The position numbers and the translations under genes are program-made. DNA of 64,000 nt, taken from positions 992,001 to 1,056,000 of the forward strand of contig NC_086098.1 of assembly GCF_963921235.1 (NCBI RefSeq), in the 5' to 3' direction. Shown one piece after another: positions 12,311 through 24,023 of this stretch (position 1 is its first letter; each line of letters opens with the position of its first letter). Source of the DNA: Mobula hypostoma. Lineage: Eukaryota. The notes under the pieces are model-generated. The model did not search any database. It was not told the DNA's origin and saw only the letters and a list, made by a program, of their open reading frames with translations.

Positions 12311-12969
12311 GTATGACGCGTGCATAATGACCTGGCATGCGTTCAAGTTCAACAGTGGGCATGACAGGGAATGAGGAAAGGTGCAGCTGACTCATATTGC
12401 CAAATCATATCGTTTCCTCGCAGCCTGGTAGCATATGCTTTGCAGCCCGGTGGTTGGGGACCACTGGTATATAGGCCTCCAAACAGCAGCCGGGATGTGG
12501 ATTACAAATTACAACAGGAGATAAAAAAGGCATTTCAGAAGGGCAATGTCATGATAGTTGTTGGGGATTTTAACATGAAACTGGATTGGGAAAACCAGGC
12601 CAGTACTGGACCTCATGAGAGAATTTGTAGAGTGTCTAAGGGATGGCTTTTTCGAATAGCTTCTTGTGGAGCCCACTAGGGGATCATCTGTGCTGGATTG
12701 GGTGTTGTGCAACGATCCAGAGGTGATAAGAGAGTTTAAGGTTAAGGAAACCTGAGGGAACAGTGATTACAATATAATCGAGTTCAGTTTGAAATTTGAG
12801 AAGGAGAAACTAAATTCCAAAGTGTCGGTATTTCAGAGAAACAAAGGAAATTACAATGGCATGAGAGGCGAACTGGCCAAGGTTGACTGGAAAGAGACAC
12901 TAGCAGGAATGGCTGGTGTTTAAATGAGGAAAGTGCAAGACAGATATATTCCAAAAAAGTAGTTTTTGA

Positions 12970-14107
12970 ATCGAGGAGGAACACTACAGTGAATGACAAT
13001 AACTCTGCTGGTTGTTTTTTTATAGACCTTCCAATAGTAACAGGTACATCGAGGAGCAGATAGGGAGACAGATTCTGGAAAGGTGTAATAATAGCAGGGT
13101 TGTCATGGTGGGAGATTTTAATTTCCCCAATATTGATTGGTATCTCCCTAGAGCAAGGGGTTTAGATGGGGTAGAGTTTGTTAGGTGTGTTCAAGAAGGT
13201 TTAGGACTTTACTCCCTGGAGCGTAGAAGAATGAGGGGAGATTTGATAGAGGTATATAAAATTATGATGGGTATAGATAGAGTGAATGCAAGCAGGCTTT
13301 TTCCACTGAGGCAAGGGGAGAAAAAAACCAGAGGACATGGGTTAAGGGTGAGGGGGGAAAAGTTTAAAGGGAACATTAGGGGGGGCTTCTTCACACAGAG
13401 AGTGGTGGGAGTATGGAATGAGCTGCCAGACGAGGTGGTAAATGCGGGTTCTTTTTTAACATTTAAGAATAAATTGGATAGATACATGGATGGGAGGTGT
13501 ATGGTCCGTGTGCAGGTCAGTGGGGCTAGGCAGAAAATGGTTCGGCACAGCCAAGAAGGGCCAAAAGGCCTGTTTCTGTGCTGTAGTTTCTATGGTATGG
13601 TTCTAAGGTTTCTTAGCACAATATGTAGATAAGCCTACAAGAGGAGAGACTACAAGGATGTTGCCTGGATTGGGGAGCATGCCTTTTCAGATTAGGTTGA
13701 GTGAACTCGGCCATTTTTCCTTGGACCAACGGACGATGAGAGGTGACCTGATAAGAGCTGTATAAGATGATGAGAGGCATTGATCCTATGGATATTCAGA
13801 GTCTTTTTCCTAGGGCTGAATGGCTAGCATGAGAGGGCACAGTTTTAAGGTGCTTGGGAGTAGGTACAGAGGAGATGTCAGGGATAAGTTTTTTTATGCA
13901 GAGAGTGGTGAGGGCATGGAATGGGCTGCCGGCGACAGTGGTGGAGGCAGATATGATAGGGTCTTTTAAAAGACTCCTGGACAGGTATATGGAGCTCAGA
14001 AAAATAGAGGGCTTTGGGTATCCCTAGGTAATTTCTCAGGTTCAGCACAGCTTTGTGGGCCGAGGGGCCTGTATTGTGCTGTAGGTTTTCTCTGTTTCTG
14101 TGTTTCT
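12970..14107 (+). mobile_element. Internally deleted CR1 (EN piece joined to 3' end) containing a nested CR1 3' fragment at 13203-13604
   Basis: YRP/GDFN motifs, then 3' end; nested piece flanked by AAGGTTT (13196-13202, 13605-13611). Confidence 0.8.
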
Positions 14108-14153
14108 AAGTGAAGTCAGAGCCAAAGTAAAAACAAAAGAGAGGGCATACAAT

Positions 14154-14937
14154 CAACATAGAACATAGAACATAGAATAGAACAGCACATTACAGGCCCT
14201 TCGGCTCACAATGTTGTGCCGACCCTCAAACCCTGCCTCCCATATAACCCCCCACCTTAAATTCCTCCATATACCTGTCTAGTAGTCTCTTAAACTTCAC
14301 TAGTGTATCTGCCTCCACCACTGACTCAGGCAGTGCATTCCACGCACCAACCACTCTCTGAGTAAAAAATCTTCTTCTAATATCCCCCTTGAACTTCCCA
14401 CCCCTTACCTTAAAGCCAGGTCCTCTGGTATTGAGCAGTGGTGCCATGGGGAAGAGACGCTGGCTATCCACTCTATCTATTCCTCTTATTATTTTGTACA
14501 CCTCTATCATGTCTCCTCTCATCCTCCTTCTCTCCAAACAGTAAAGCCCTAACTCCCTGAATCTCTGATCATAATGCATACTTTCTAAACCAGGCAGCAT
14601 CCTGGTAAATCTCCTCTGTACCCTTTCCAATGCTTCCACATCCTTCCTATAGTGAGGCGACCAGAACTGGACACAGTACTCCAAGTGTGGCCTAACCAGA
14701 GTTTTATAGAGCTGCATCATTACATCGCGACTCTTAAACTCTATCCCTCGACTTATGAAAGCTAACACCCCATAAGCTTTCTTAACTACCCTATCTACCT
14801 GTGAGGCAACTTTCAGGGATCTGTGGACGTGTACCCCGAGATCCCTCTGCTCCTCCACACTACCAAGTATCCTACCATTTACTTTGTACTCTGCCTTGGA
14901 GTTTGTCCTTCCAAAGTGTACCACCTCACACTTCTCC
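14154..14937 (-). mobile_element. CR1 subfamily C 3' fragment
   Basis: ORF2 C-terminus in 14226-14937; (TTCTATG)n tail; sister copies at 26408, 39158 and 48451. Confidence 0.92.
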
Positions 14938-16270
14938 GCCAAAGCTAGTGGCAAGATAGAGGATTGGGAATCTATTAAAAATTTGCAGAAGGAAACTAAG
15001 AAGGTCATGAGGAAGGAAAAAATGGATTATGGAAGGAAGCTGGCGACTAAAAATAAAGAAGATACTAAAAGCATTTTTAAGTATTTAAAGGGTAAAAGAG
15101 AGTTGAGAGTAGATACAGGACCAATAGAAAATGATGCTGGAGATATTGTAATGAGAAATGCAGAGATGGCAGAGGAACTGAATGCGTATTTTGCATCAGT
15201 CTTCACAGTGGAAGACATCTGCAGTATACCGGACATTCAAGAATGTCAGAGAAGTGAAGTATGTACAGTGAAAATTATGACTGAGGAGGTGCTCAGGAAG
15301 AATAATAGTTTGAGGGTGGATAAATCTCCTGGACCTGATGGAATGCACCCTTGGGTTCTGAAGGAAGTAGCTGGAGAGATTGCAGAGGCATTAACAATGA
15401 TCTTTCAAGAATCGATAGATTCTGGCATTGTACTGGATGACTGGAAAATTGCAAATGTTACTCCACTATTTAAGAAGGGTGGGAGGCAGCAGAAAGGAAA
15501 CTATAGACCTGATAGCCTTATCTCAGTGGTTGGGAAGTTGTTGAAATTGATTGTTCGGGGTGAGATTACGGAGTACCTGGAGGCACATGAGAAGATAGGC
15601 CAAAACCAGCACAGTTAAATGAAAGGAAAATTACAGGGGAGTTACTAGCATGGGTGGGACATTGGTTGATCAGCAGAAAACAGAGAGTGGGAATAAAGGG
15701 ATCCTATTCTAGCTGGCTGCCGGTTACCAGTGGAGTTCCACAGGGGATGGTGTTGGTACAGCTGTTTTTTACGATGTTTGTCAATGATTTGGACTATGGG
15801 ATTAATGGATTTGTGGCTGAATTTGCTGATGATACAAAGACAGGTGGAGGAGCGGGTAGTGTTGAGGAAGCAGACAGCCTGCAGAGAGACTTCGGTAGTT
15901 TAGGGTAATGGGCAAAGAAGTGGCAAGTGAAATACAATGTTGGAAAGTGTATAGTCATGCACTTTGGTGGAAGAAATAAGTGGGCAGACTATTATTTAGA
16001 TGGAGAGAGAATTCAAAACCCAGAGATGCAAAGGGACTTGGGAGTCGTTGTGCAAGATACCGTAAAGGTTAACCTCCAGGTTTAGTTTGTGGTGAAGAAG
16101 GTGAATGCAATGTTGGCATTCATTTCTGGAGTTATAGATTATATAAGAGCAGTGATGTGATGTTAAGGTTCTATAAGGCACTCAATACACACTTGGAGTA
16201 TTGTGTGCAGTTTTGGGCTTCTTATTTTAGAAAAGATATGCTGACATTGGAGAGGGTTCAGAGAAGATTC

Positions 16271-17050
16271 CAGGCGAGGACTCGGACTAGGAACAGACTA
16301 GACACTAGATAGTACTGGGAATACGAAGCCTGGACTGGGACTGGACAAGATTCTTGGACGTGGCTTGGACAGGACGCGGGAGCTCCAACACCGGGCTGCG
16401 CGAGGTACTCCTGGGCTGCGCAAGGACGTGGCTTTTGAACTAGATTTGGCTCGGCTCTGGGATTTGGCTGGGTTAGGCTCTAGGGTGCGGAGCCGGGACC
16501 CCTTCTTGGACGCAGGGTCGGGGAACTGCTGAAGACACCTGCTGGGGGAACTGCCGAGGGACTCCTGGACTGGACAAGGGAGTCCTGGACTGGACGAGGC
16601 ACATGGACGGGATGAGAACACAAAGCCTTGACTTGGACAGGACTGGAACATGACACCTGGAACTTGGAACACAGGAATACAGAACACAGAGTCAGGACCC
16701 TTCCTTGGGAACAGGACCTAGGGCCGGGACTCTTCTTTGACACAGACACTAAACACAGGGACACAAAGAGATAGTTCCAAACTCAACAATAGATAGTTCC
16801 TTATCTTGGTGTGGCAAGGCTCCAGTCTCACTCTGGCGATTGAACTTGACAAGCTTCAGAAGGAAGGGGAAGGGAACAGTCCAGCAGGGAATCCTTGGTT
16901 TGAGAGGTATTTATGTGCCAGCCCACAGAGAGAATCAGGTGCCTCAATTAAGGAACCCAATGGAACAAGGGAAAACAGGAAAACCTGGAATTAGGATCGA
17001 TGAACCAGACCGCGAACCAGAATGCGGATTTCATAGACTGGACCATGACA
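16271..17050 (-). mobile_element. Probable truncated LTR of a third LTR family
   Basis: Starts TGTCATGGTCC on minus; low-complexity GTCCA(A/G) repeats; interrupts CR1; no second end or TSD found. Confidence 0.5.
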
Positions 17051-17240
17051 AAGTCATTGGGTACATTTAACTCAGGGATAGATAGGTTCTTGATTAGCCA
17101 GGGCATCAAAGGGTATAGGGTGAAGACAGGGGAGTGGGGATGACTGGAAGAAATGGATCAGCCCACGACTGTATGGCAGAGCAGACTCGATGGGCCAAAT
17201 GGCCTACTTCTGCTCCTATATCTTGTGGTCTTATGGTCTG

Positions 17241-18600
17241 ATGGGATAAAATTACGGAGAACCTGGAGGCACAGAAAACCGTGCCTGAGTAACCTGAGGA
17301 AATTACAAACAGGGTAGACAAAGGTGATGCAGAATCAGGTTTATTATCACCGGCATGTGACGTGAAATTTGTTAGCTTCACAGCAGCAGTTCAATGCAAT
17401 ATATAATCCAGAAGAGAGAGAAAAAATGTGGTGTACTTGGATTTTCAAAAGGCCTTTGACAAAGTGCCGCACATGAGGCTGCTTAGCAAGGTAAGAGCCC
17501 ATGGAATTACAGGGAAGTTACTAGCATGGGTGGAGCATTGGCTGATCGGCAGAAAACAGAGTGGGAATAAAGGGATCCTATTCTGGCTGGCTGCCGGTTA
17601 CCTGTTGAGTTCCACAGGGGTCTGTGTTGGGACCGTTACATTTTACGATGTATGCCTATGATTTGGACTATGAGATTAATGGATTTATAGCTAAGTTTGC
17701 CAATGATATAAAGATAGGTGAAGGAGCAAGTAGTGTTGAGGAAACAGAGAGCCTGTAGAGAGACTTAGATAGTTTAGGGGGATGGGCAAAAAGTGGCAAA
17801 TGAAATACAATGTTGGAAAGTGTATGGTCATTCACTTTGATGGAAGAAATAAACGGGCAGACTATTATTTAGATGGGGAGAGAATTCAAAATGCAGAGAT
17901 GCAAAGAGACTTGGGAGTTCCTCCAGGTTGAGTTGGTGGTGAAGAAGGTGAATGCAATGTTGGCATTCATTTCTAGAGGTGTAGAATATAAGAGCAGGGA
18001 TGTGATGTTGAGGCTTTATAAGGTACTCATGAGACCACACTTGGAGTATTGTGTGCAGTTTTGGGCTCCTTATTTTAGGAAGGATATATTGACATTGGAG
18101 AGGGTTCAGAGAAGATTCACGAGAATGATTACGGGGATGAAATGGTTACCGTATGAGGAACGTCTGTCAGCTCTTGGACTGTATTCCCTGGAGTTCAGGA
18201 GAATGAGGGGGATCTCATAGAAACATTCTGAATGTTTAAAGGCCTGAAAATATTAGCTATGGCAAAGTTATTTCCCGTGGTAAGGGAGTCTAGGAAAAGA
18301 GGACACGACTTCAGGATTGAAGGACATCCTTAGAACAGAAGTGTGACGAAATCACTTTAGTCAGATGGTGGTAAATCTGTGGAATTTGTTGCCACGAGCA
18401 GCTGTGAAGGCCAAATCATTGCATGCATTTCAGGCAGAGATAGATAGGTTCTTGATTAGCCAGGGCATCAAAGGGTTTGGGGAGAAGGCAGGGGAGTTGG
18501 GATGACTGGAAGAATGGGATCAGCCCATGATTGAATGACGGAGCAGACTCAATGGGCTGAATGGCCTACTTCAGCTCCTATACCTTATGGTCTTATGGTC
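17241..18600 (+). mobile_element. Decayed CR1 RT to 3' end, with a minus-strand LINE 3' tail inserted at about 17331-17426
   Basis: YLDFQKAFDKVPH and [11 protein letters not shown]; (CTTATGGT)n tail. The insert matches the 3' end at 47760-47838. Confidence 0.85.
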
Positions 18601-18690
18601 AGGCAGCATCAGCTCGAAACATTGACTGCACTTTTTTCCGTAGATACAGCCTGGCCTGCTGAGTTCCTCCAGCATTTTGCTAGTGTTTGT
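18601..18690 (+). mobile_element. Penelope-like pseudo-LTR fragment
   Basis: GAAACATTGACTG...GCCTGGCCTGCTGAGTTCCTCCAGCATTTTG is homologous to 24011-24083. Confidence 0.7.
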
Positions 18691-18754
18691 AGGAAACAGA
18701 GATTCAAATTAATGGTAATTGAATTTTCTTACATCAAACAAAATATTTTTTTAA

Positions 18755-19000
18755 TACTGATTTATTTAGAGGTACAGTGCAGAACAGTTTCTTCCGGCCC
18801 TTTGAGCCACACAATCCAGCTCCCCCTGATTTACAAACAAACACAGGACAATTTACAATGACCAATTAACCTACTAACCAGTACATCTTTGGACTGTGGG
18901 AGGAAACTGAAGCCCCCAAAGGAAACTCACATACACACGAGAAGAACAAACAACCTTTCTTACGGGGATGCCAGAATTGAACTTGGAACCAAGAGCTGTA
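18755..19000 (-). mobile_element. HE1/V-SINE-like SINE, decayed
   Basis: Minus strand has a V-domain-like GTTTCCTCCCACAGTCCAAAGATGT...GTTAATTGG and a CR1-like 3' tail. Confidence 0.7.
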
Positions 19001-19929
19001 ATTTAATTTTTTTTCAGATCTCTATAAATCTCTTGAAATATTCTTTAATTTATTATATTATCAAACCTCTCTAAATCATACTTTTTCACAAAATCAGTTT
19101 CCCACAAAGTGGTACTGGCAAAGACGAGTGTCAGGAATGCAGGGCCAGATGCAGTGTAGGAGTAGCTATCAGCAGCAAAGTGAAAATCCTCAATGTCCAT
19201 TGTGAATGAGTCCAGAGGAGCCTGGTTTCATTCACTTGCTTTTCACTCAGTTACGTTTTCCCACAGACCTTTATGTATTTCAGAGACACTGCTTCTTTCA
19301 ATAGTCATGACAGGCCATGCATTGAAAGGTCAAAGGAGAGTTAATTATGGGGGAAACAAGAGGTCCTTTACTGTGAGGGTCAATTACTGTTTGTGTCTAA
19401 CCCGCACCGTAAAAAAAATCACCTGTTTTTCTGTAAAATCAAGATTCAAAATTATTTCGTGCCTTTTCCAATAAATGAGTGTAAAGGAGAATGAAATAAT
19501 TGTTACTCCAGATCCAATGCAGCAAACAAAAACACTATGAGAGCCACGAAGGAGGTATGCAGTGTACCAGCAAGGTTTCGCTGTGATCGCAAGACTCTGT
19601 ACTACTGTGGTAATGTAGAATACTGCCAGTCTGGTTCACTGCTTTGTTGCCGAGATCGAAAACAGGGAAGCTGCGTGGCCTCGGCTGTAGCACAGACTAG
19701 GTCTCATGCCGGGATCTCACATGTTACACCTGTCCAGGAGGGGAGATGCCCACGGTGGTGTGGCATGGAGTCCATGCTGGCTTGGGGGTTGGTCCCTCCC
19801 ATCATGGGAATGACAAGCAGGATTGTGTGCATGCATTCACTCAGAAACAGAATCAGATTTAATATCACCGGCAGATATCGTGAAATTTGTTCAGATGCAA
19901 ACACTGAGCACTTGTTGTTGCCAACAACT

Positions 19930-20914
19930 TAGAAACAGAAACGGAGAAAACCTACAGCACAATACAGGCCCTTCAGCCCACAATGCTGTGCCGAACATTA
20001 GAAATTACCTAGGGTTACCCAAAGCCCTCTATTTTCCTCGGCTCCATGTTCATATATATCAAGGAGCCTCTTAAAAGATCCTATTGTATCACCTCCACCA
20101 CAGTCGTCAGCAGCCTGTTCCACACACTCACCACTCTCTGTGAAACAACTTACCCCTGACCTCCCCTCTGTACCTACTTCCAAGCGCCTTAAAACTGTGC
20201 CCTCTCATGTTCGTCATTTCAGCCCCTGGTAAAAAGCCTCTGACTATCCACATGATCAATGCCTCTCATCATCTTATACACCTCTATCAGGTCACCTCTC
20301 ATCCTCCGTCGCTCCAAGGAGAAAAATCCAAGTTCACTCAACCTGTTTTCATAACGCATGCTCCCCAATCCAGGCAACATCCTTGTAAATCTCCTCTGCA
20401 CCCTTTCTATAGTATCCACATCCTTCCTGTAGTGAGGTGACCAGAACTGAGCACAGTACTCCAAGTGGGGTCTGACCAGGGTTCTGTAAAGCTGTAACAT
20501 TACCGCATGGCTCTTAAACGAAATCCCACGATGCAGGCCAATGTGCTGTATGCCTTCTTAACCACACAGTCAATCTGCGCAGCTGCTTTGAGTGTCCTAT
20601 GGACTCAGACCCCAAGATCCCTCTGATCCTCCACACTGCCAAGAGTCTTAACATTAATACTATATTCTGCCATCATATTTGCCCTACCAAAATGAACCAC
20701 CTCACACTTATTTGGGTTGAACTCCACCTGACACTGCTCATGCTGGTAATTTATAAAAATCACGATAAGGTCCCAGAACAGATCCCTGAGGCACACCACT
20801 GGTCACTGACTTCCATGCAGAATATGACCCATCTACAACGACTCTTTGCCTTCTGTGGGCAAGCCAATTCTGGATCCACAAAGAAAAGTTCCCTTGGATC
20901 CCATGCCTCCTCAT
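19930..20914 (-). mobile_element. CR1 host of Gypsy-2; resumes at 31349-31575
   Basis: ORF 20219-20500; flanks rejoin as GCCTCC(TTAC)TTTCTCAATAAG, as in the uninterrupted copy near 34010. Confidence 0.85.
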
Positions 20915-21493
20915 TGTAACACGCTGTATAATTTCACTGCTAATGTAATGGCTTCTCTGTAATGTTCCACTGCTAAGGTAGTGGTTTCTCTGTAGCAGTA
21001 ATGTTTGGGTTATGACTAGAGATAACGGGACATGCTAGCCAATGAGCAGGATGTTGTTCTTTCTTGTGTGTCTGGGAGCCGGGAATTCGCGGTCTTTTGC
21101 CGGGGAGAGAGGAGGAGAAAACACGCGAATAGAGAGAGTTGGTAGACTGCTGGACAAAGCAGACTTGGAATGAGGGTCTGAAGTTCAGCGACAATCGGAG
21201 GAGGTCAATGGTGGACGAACGGCCTTGTCAGTGAGCTCTATCACTGCGCAACAGACTGTTTCATGAGAATGGGCCCTTTTCTTTTTTTTGTTTCTTTACT
21301 AACCATATAGTCAAATGAAGAATTATAAAGCTCAATCATTTAATCGCATATTGTGTACTGTTTGTTATTTCATGGTACTGATTTGTAACAGTACACATTG
21401 TGCAGCATCCTCTGAGATGAGATTTCTTAAGTTTGGCTGGGCCGGGGGGCTATCATCCCCTATATTAGGCTGCTAGCCGAACCGAGTGTTACA
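20915..21493 (+). repeat. Gypsy-2 5' LTR
   Basis: Direct repeat of 30790-31348 with substitutions and indels; internal tandem duplication of about 33 bp near its start. Confidence 0.92.
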
Positions 21494-21879
21494 TTTGCGG
21501 GGGATCATCTGAAATTGATTCCATTGGATGCTGTGTGATTACACTGAGCATTGAACCAGTGGGGTAGATATTCGTAGTCCAGATGAATAGTTAATTTGCC
21601 TGTTAAGTACTGTAAAATTGTGATTGTGGGCGGAGGTTTGATAAAATGGCTGACACAGCTCTCGTTTTAATGTAGACCAGCGCTGACGTAGCGGTAGTTG
21701 GGGGCAGAGATTTCAAAGACAGGGTTTGATCGTTTCTGAAGGGTGAGGGGAAGAAGTAGTCAGACTTGGAATTAGTCCAGGTCCCCCAGTGAAGAGTGAG
21801 AGTTCTGAGGTAGTATCTGCCCTTGCCTCTCTGGCAAATAAATGAAAAAGTCAGGTACAAAAAAGTCCCTGCTATGGTA

Positions 21880-22212
21880 GGCTCCGCCTATTGGGCGGAG
21901 CAGACCTCTCAGTGGTTAGATGAGTGGCAGTGCTCTGATGACGTAAAGCGACAGCGATTGGTTGAGAGTTTGAATGGGCGGGCTGCTGACGTTGTGAGAG
22001 CCGTCAGGTTGCGGTATCCCGTAGCGACAGCAGTCAATTCCTTGCAAGCACTGGACATTGCTTTTGGCCCGACAGGAAGCCCGATGGAGCTCATGGTGGG
22101 GTTTCAGAACATGTGTCAGGAGAAGGGGGAGAAGCTTTCTGCTTTTATTTTTCGGCTAGGGAGGCAGCTAAATTGCTGGTGAAACAGAGGGGCCATTCAG
22201 GCCGCTGAAGTG
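21880..22212 (+). pseudogene. Gypsy-2 gag capsid region, PNMA/MOAP1-like; continues at 24890-25350
   Basis: WLDEWQCSDDVKRQRLVESLNGRAADVV...LQALDIAFG...QEKGEKLSAFIFRL. Confidence 0.85.
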
Positions 22213-23079
22213 CATCCCAGAGTGCTTAAGGAAGTAGCCCAAGAAATAGTGGATGCATTAGTGATAATTTTTCAAAACTCATTAGATTCTGGACTAGTTC
22301 CTGAGGATTGGAGGGTGGCTAATGTAACCTCTCTTTTTAAAAAAGGAGGGAGAGAGAAACCGGGGAATTATAGACCAGTTAGCCTAACATCGGTGGTGGG
22401 GAAACTGCTGGAGTCAGTTATCAAGGATGTGATAACAGCACATTTGGAAAGCGGTGAAATCTTCGGACAAAGTCAGCATGGATTTGTGAAAGGAAAATCA
22501 TGTCTGACGAATCTCATAGAATTTTTTGAGGATGTAACTAGTAGAGTAGATAGGGGAGAACCAGTGGATGTGGTATATTTGGATTTTCAAAAGGCTTTTG
22601 ACAAGGTCCCACACAGGAGATTAGTGTGCAAACTTAAAGCACACGGTATTGGGGGTAAGGATTTGATGTGGATAGAGAATTAGTTAGCAGACAGGAAGCA
22701 AAGAGTGGGAATAAACGGGACCTTTTCAGAATGGCAGGCAGTGACTAGTGGGGTACCGCAAGGCTCAGTGCTGGGACCCCAGTTGTTTACAATATATGTT
22801 AATGACTTGGATGAGGGAATTAAATGCAGCATCTCCAAGTTTGCGGATGACACGAAGCTGGGCGGCAGTGTTAGCTGTGAAGAGGATGCTAAGAGGATGC
22901 AGGGTGACTTGGATAGGTTGGGTGAGTGGGCAAATTCATGGCAGATGCAATTTAATGTGGATAAATGTAAAGTTATCCACTTTGGTGGCAAAAATAGGAA
23001 AACAGATTATTATCTGAATAACATACATCAAAGTTGCTGGTGAACGCAGCAGGCCAAGCAGCATCTGTAGGAAGAGGTG

Positions 23080-23117
23080 CAGTCGACGTTTCAGGCCGAG
23101 ACCCTTCGTCAGGACTA
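23080..23117 (-). ncRNA. Minimal type I hammerhead ribozyme motif (left arm)
   Basis: Reverse complement of 23986-24023. Confidence 0.8.
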
Positions 23118-23351
23118 ACTGAAGGAAGAGTGAGTAAGGGATTTGAAAGTTGGAGGGGGAGGGGGAGATCCAAAATGATAGGAGAAGACAGGAGGGGGAG
23201 GGATGGAGCCGAGAGCTGGACAGGTGATAGGCAAAAGGGGATACGAAAGGATCATGGGACAGGACGTCCGGGAAGAAAGACAAGGGGGGGTGACCCAGAG
23301 GATGGGCAAGAGTTATGAGTAACAGATGGGGTACGAGGGGGAGGTGGGGCC

Positions 23352-23669
23352 TTAGCGGAAGTTAGAGAAGTTGATGTTCATGCCATCAGGTTGGAGGCTA
23401 CCCAGACGGAATATAAGGTGTTGTTCCTCCAACCTGAGTGTGGCTTCATCTTTACAGTAGAGGAGGCCGTGGATAGACATGTCAGAATGGGAATGGGATG
23501 TGGAATTAAAATGTGTGGCCACTGGGAGATCCTGCTTTCTCTGGCGGACAGAGTGTAGATGTTCAACAAAGCGGTCTCCCAGTCTGCGTCGGGTCTCGCC
23601 AATATATAAAAGGCCACATCGGGAGCACCGGACGCAGTATATCACCCCAGTCGACTCACAGGTGAACAT
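23352..23669 (-). CDS. GIY-YIG endonuclease domain of the Penelope-like element (5'-truncated, frame open)
   Basis: GVIYCVRCSRCGLLYIGETRRRLGDRFVEH...VATHF...LEEQHLI..L....PDGMN. Confidence 0.88.
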   Translation of the reverse strand: MFTCESTGVIYCVRCSRCGLLYIGETRRRLGDRFVEHLHSVRQRKQDLPVATHFNSTSHSHSDMSIHGLLYCKDEATLRLEEQHLIFRLGSLQPDGMNINFSNFR

Positions 23670-23985
23670 CGACTTCTCTAACTTCCGCTAAGGCCCCACC
23701 TCCCCCTCGTACCCCATCTGTTACTCATTTTTATGCACACATTCTTTCTCTCACTCTCCTTTTTCTCCCTCTGTCCCTCTGAATATACCTCTTGCCCATC
23801 CTCTGGGTCACCCCCCCCCTTGTCTTTCTTCCTGGACCTCCTGTCCCATGATCCTCTCATATCCCCTTTTGCCTATCACCTGTCCAGCTCTCGGCTCCAT
23901 CCCTCCCCCTCCTGTCTTCTCCTATCATTTTGGATCTCCCCCTCCCCCTCCAACTTTCAAATCCCTTACTCACTCTTCCTTCAGT

Positions 23986-24023
23986 TAGTCCTGACGAAGG
24001 GTCTCGGCCTGAAACGTCGACTG
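23986..24023 (+). ncRNA. Minimal type I hammerhead ribozyme motif (right arm)
   Basis: Stem I TAGTC/GACTG; CTGACGA at 23991-23997; stem II GGGT-CTCG-GCCT; GAAAC-GTC; predicted cut after 24018. Confidence 0.82.

Larger units (their letters stand above)
8923..12466 (-). mobile_element. Non-autonomous hAT (Charlie/Buster-like) DNA transposon
   Basis: TIRs CAGGGGTCCCCAACC / GGTTGGGGACCACTG; 8-bp TSD GTATACAG (8915-8922) / GTATATAG (12467-12474); transposase remnant inside. Confidence 0.9.
8441..17240 (+). mobile_element. Old host CR1 in pieces: 8441-8922, 12467-12960, 14108-14153, 14938-16270, 17051-17240
   Basis: ORF2 reading continues in order across the insertions (LMAVVY|RPPNSSRD; KERAYN|AKASGKIEDW); ends in a (CTTATGGT)-type tail. 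Confidence 0.75.

Noticed and set aside
13012..13632. EN fused to RT C-terminus as a mini-LINE protein
   Set aside because: Created by a nested CR1 insertion with an AAGGTTT duplication.
19045..19260. Short minus-strand ORFs with a hydrophobic, GPI-signal-like end
   Set aside because: No convincing start or splice acceptor (no pyrimidine tract), and no recognisable homology.
21823..22182. Domesticated PNMA/MOAP1 host gene
   Set aside because: Lies inside an LTR-bounded element, has stops and is disrupted by a CR1.
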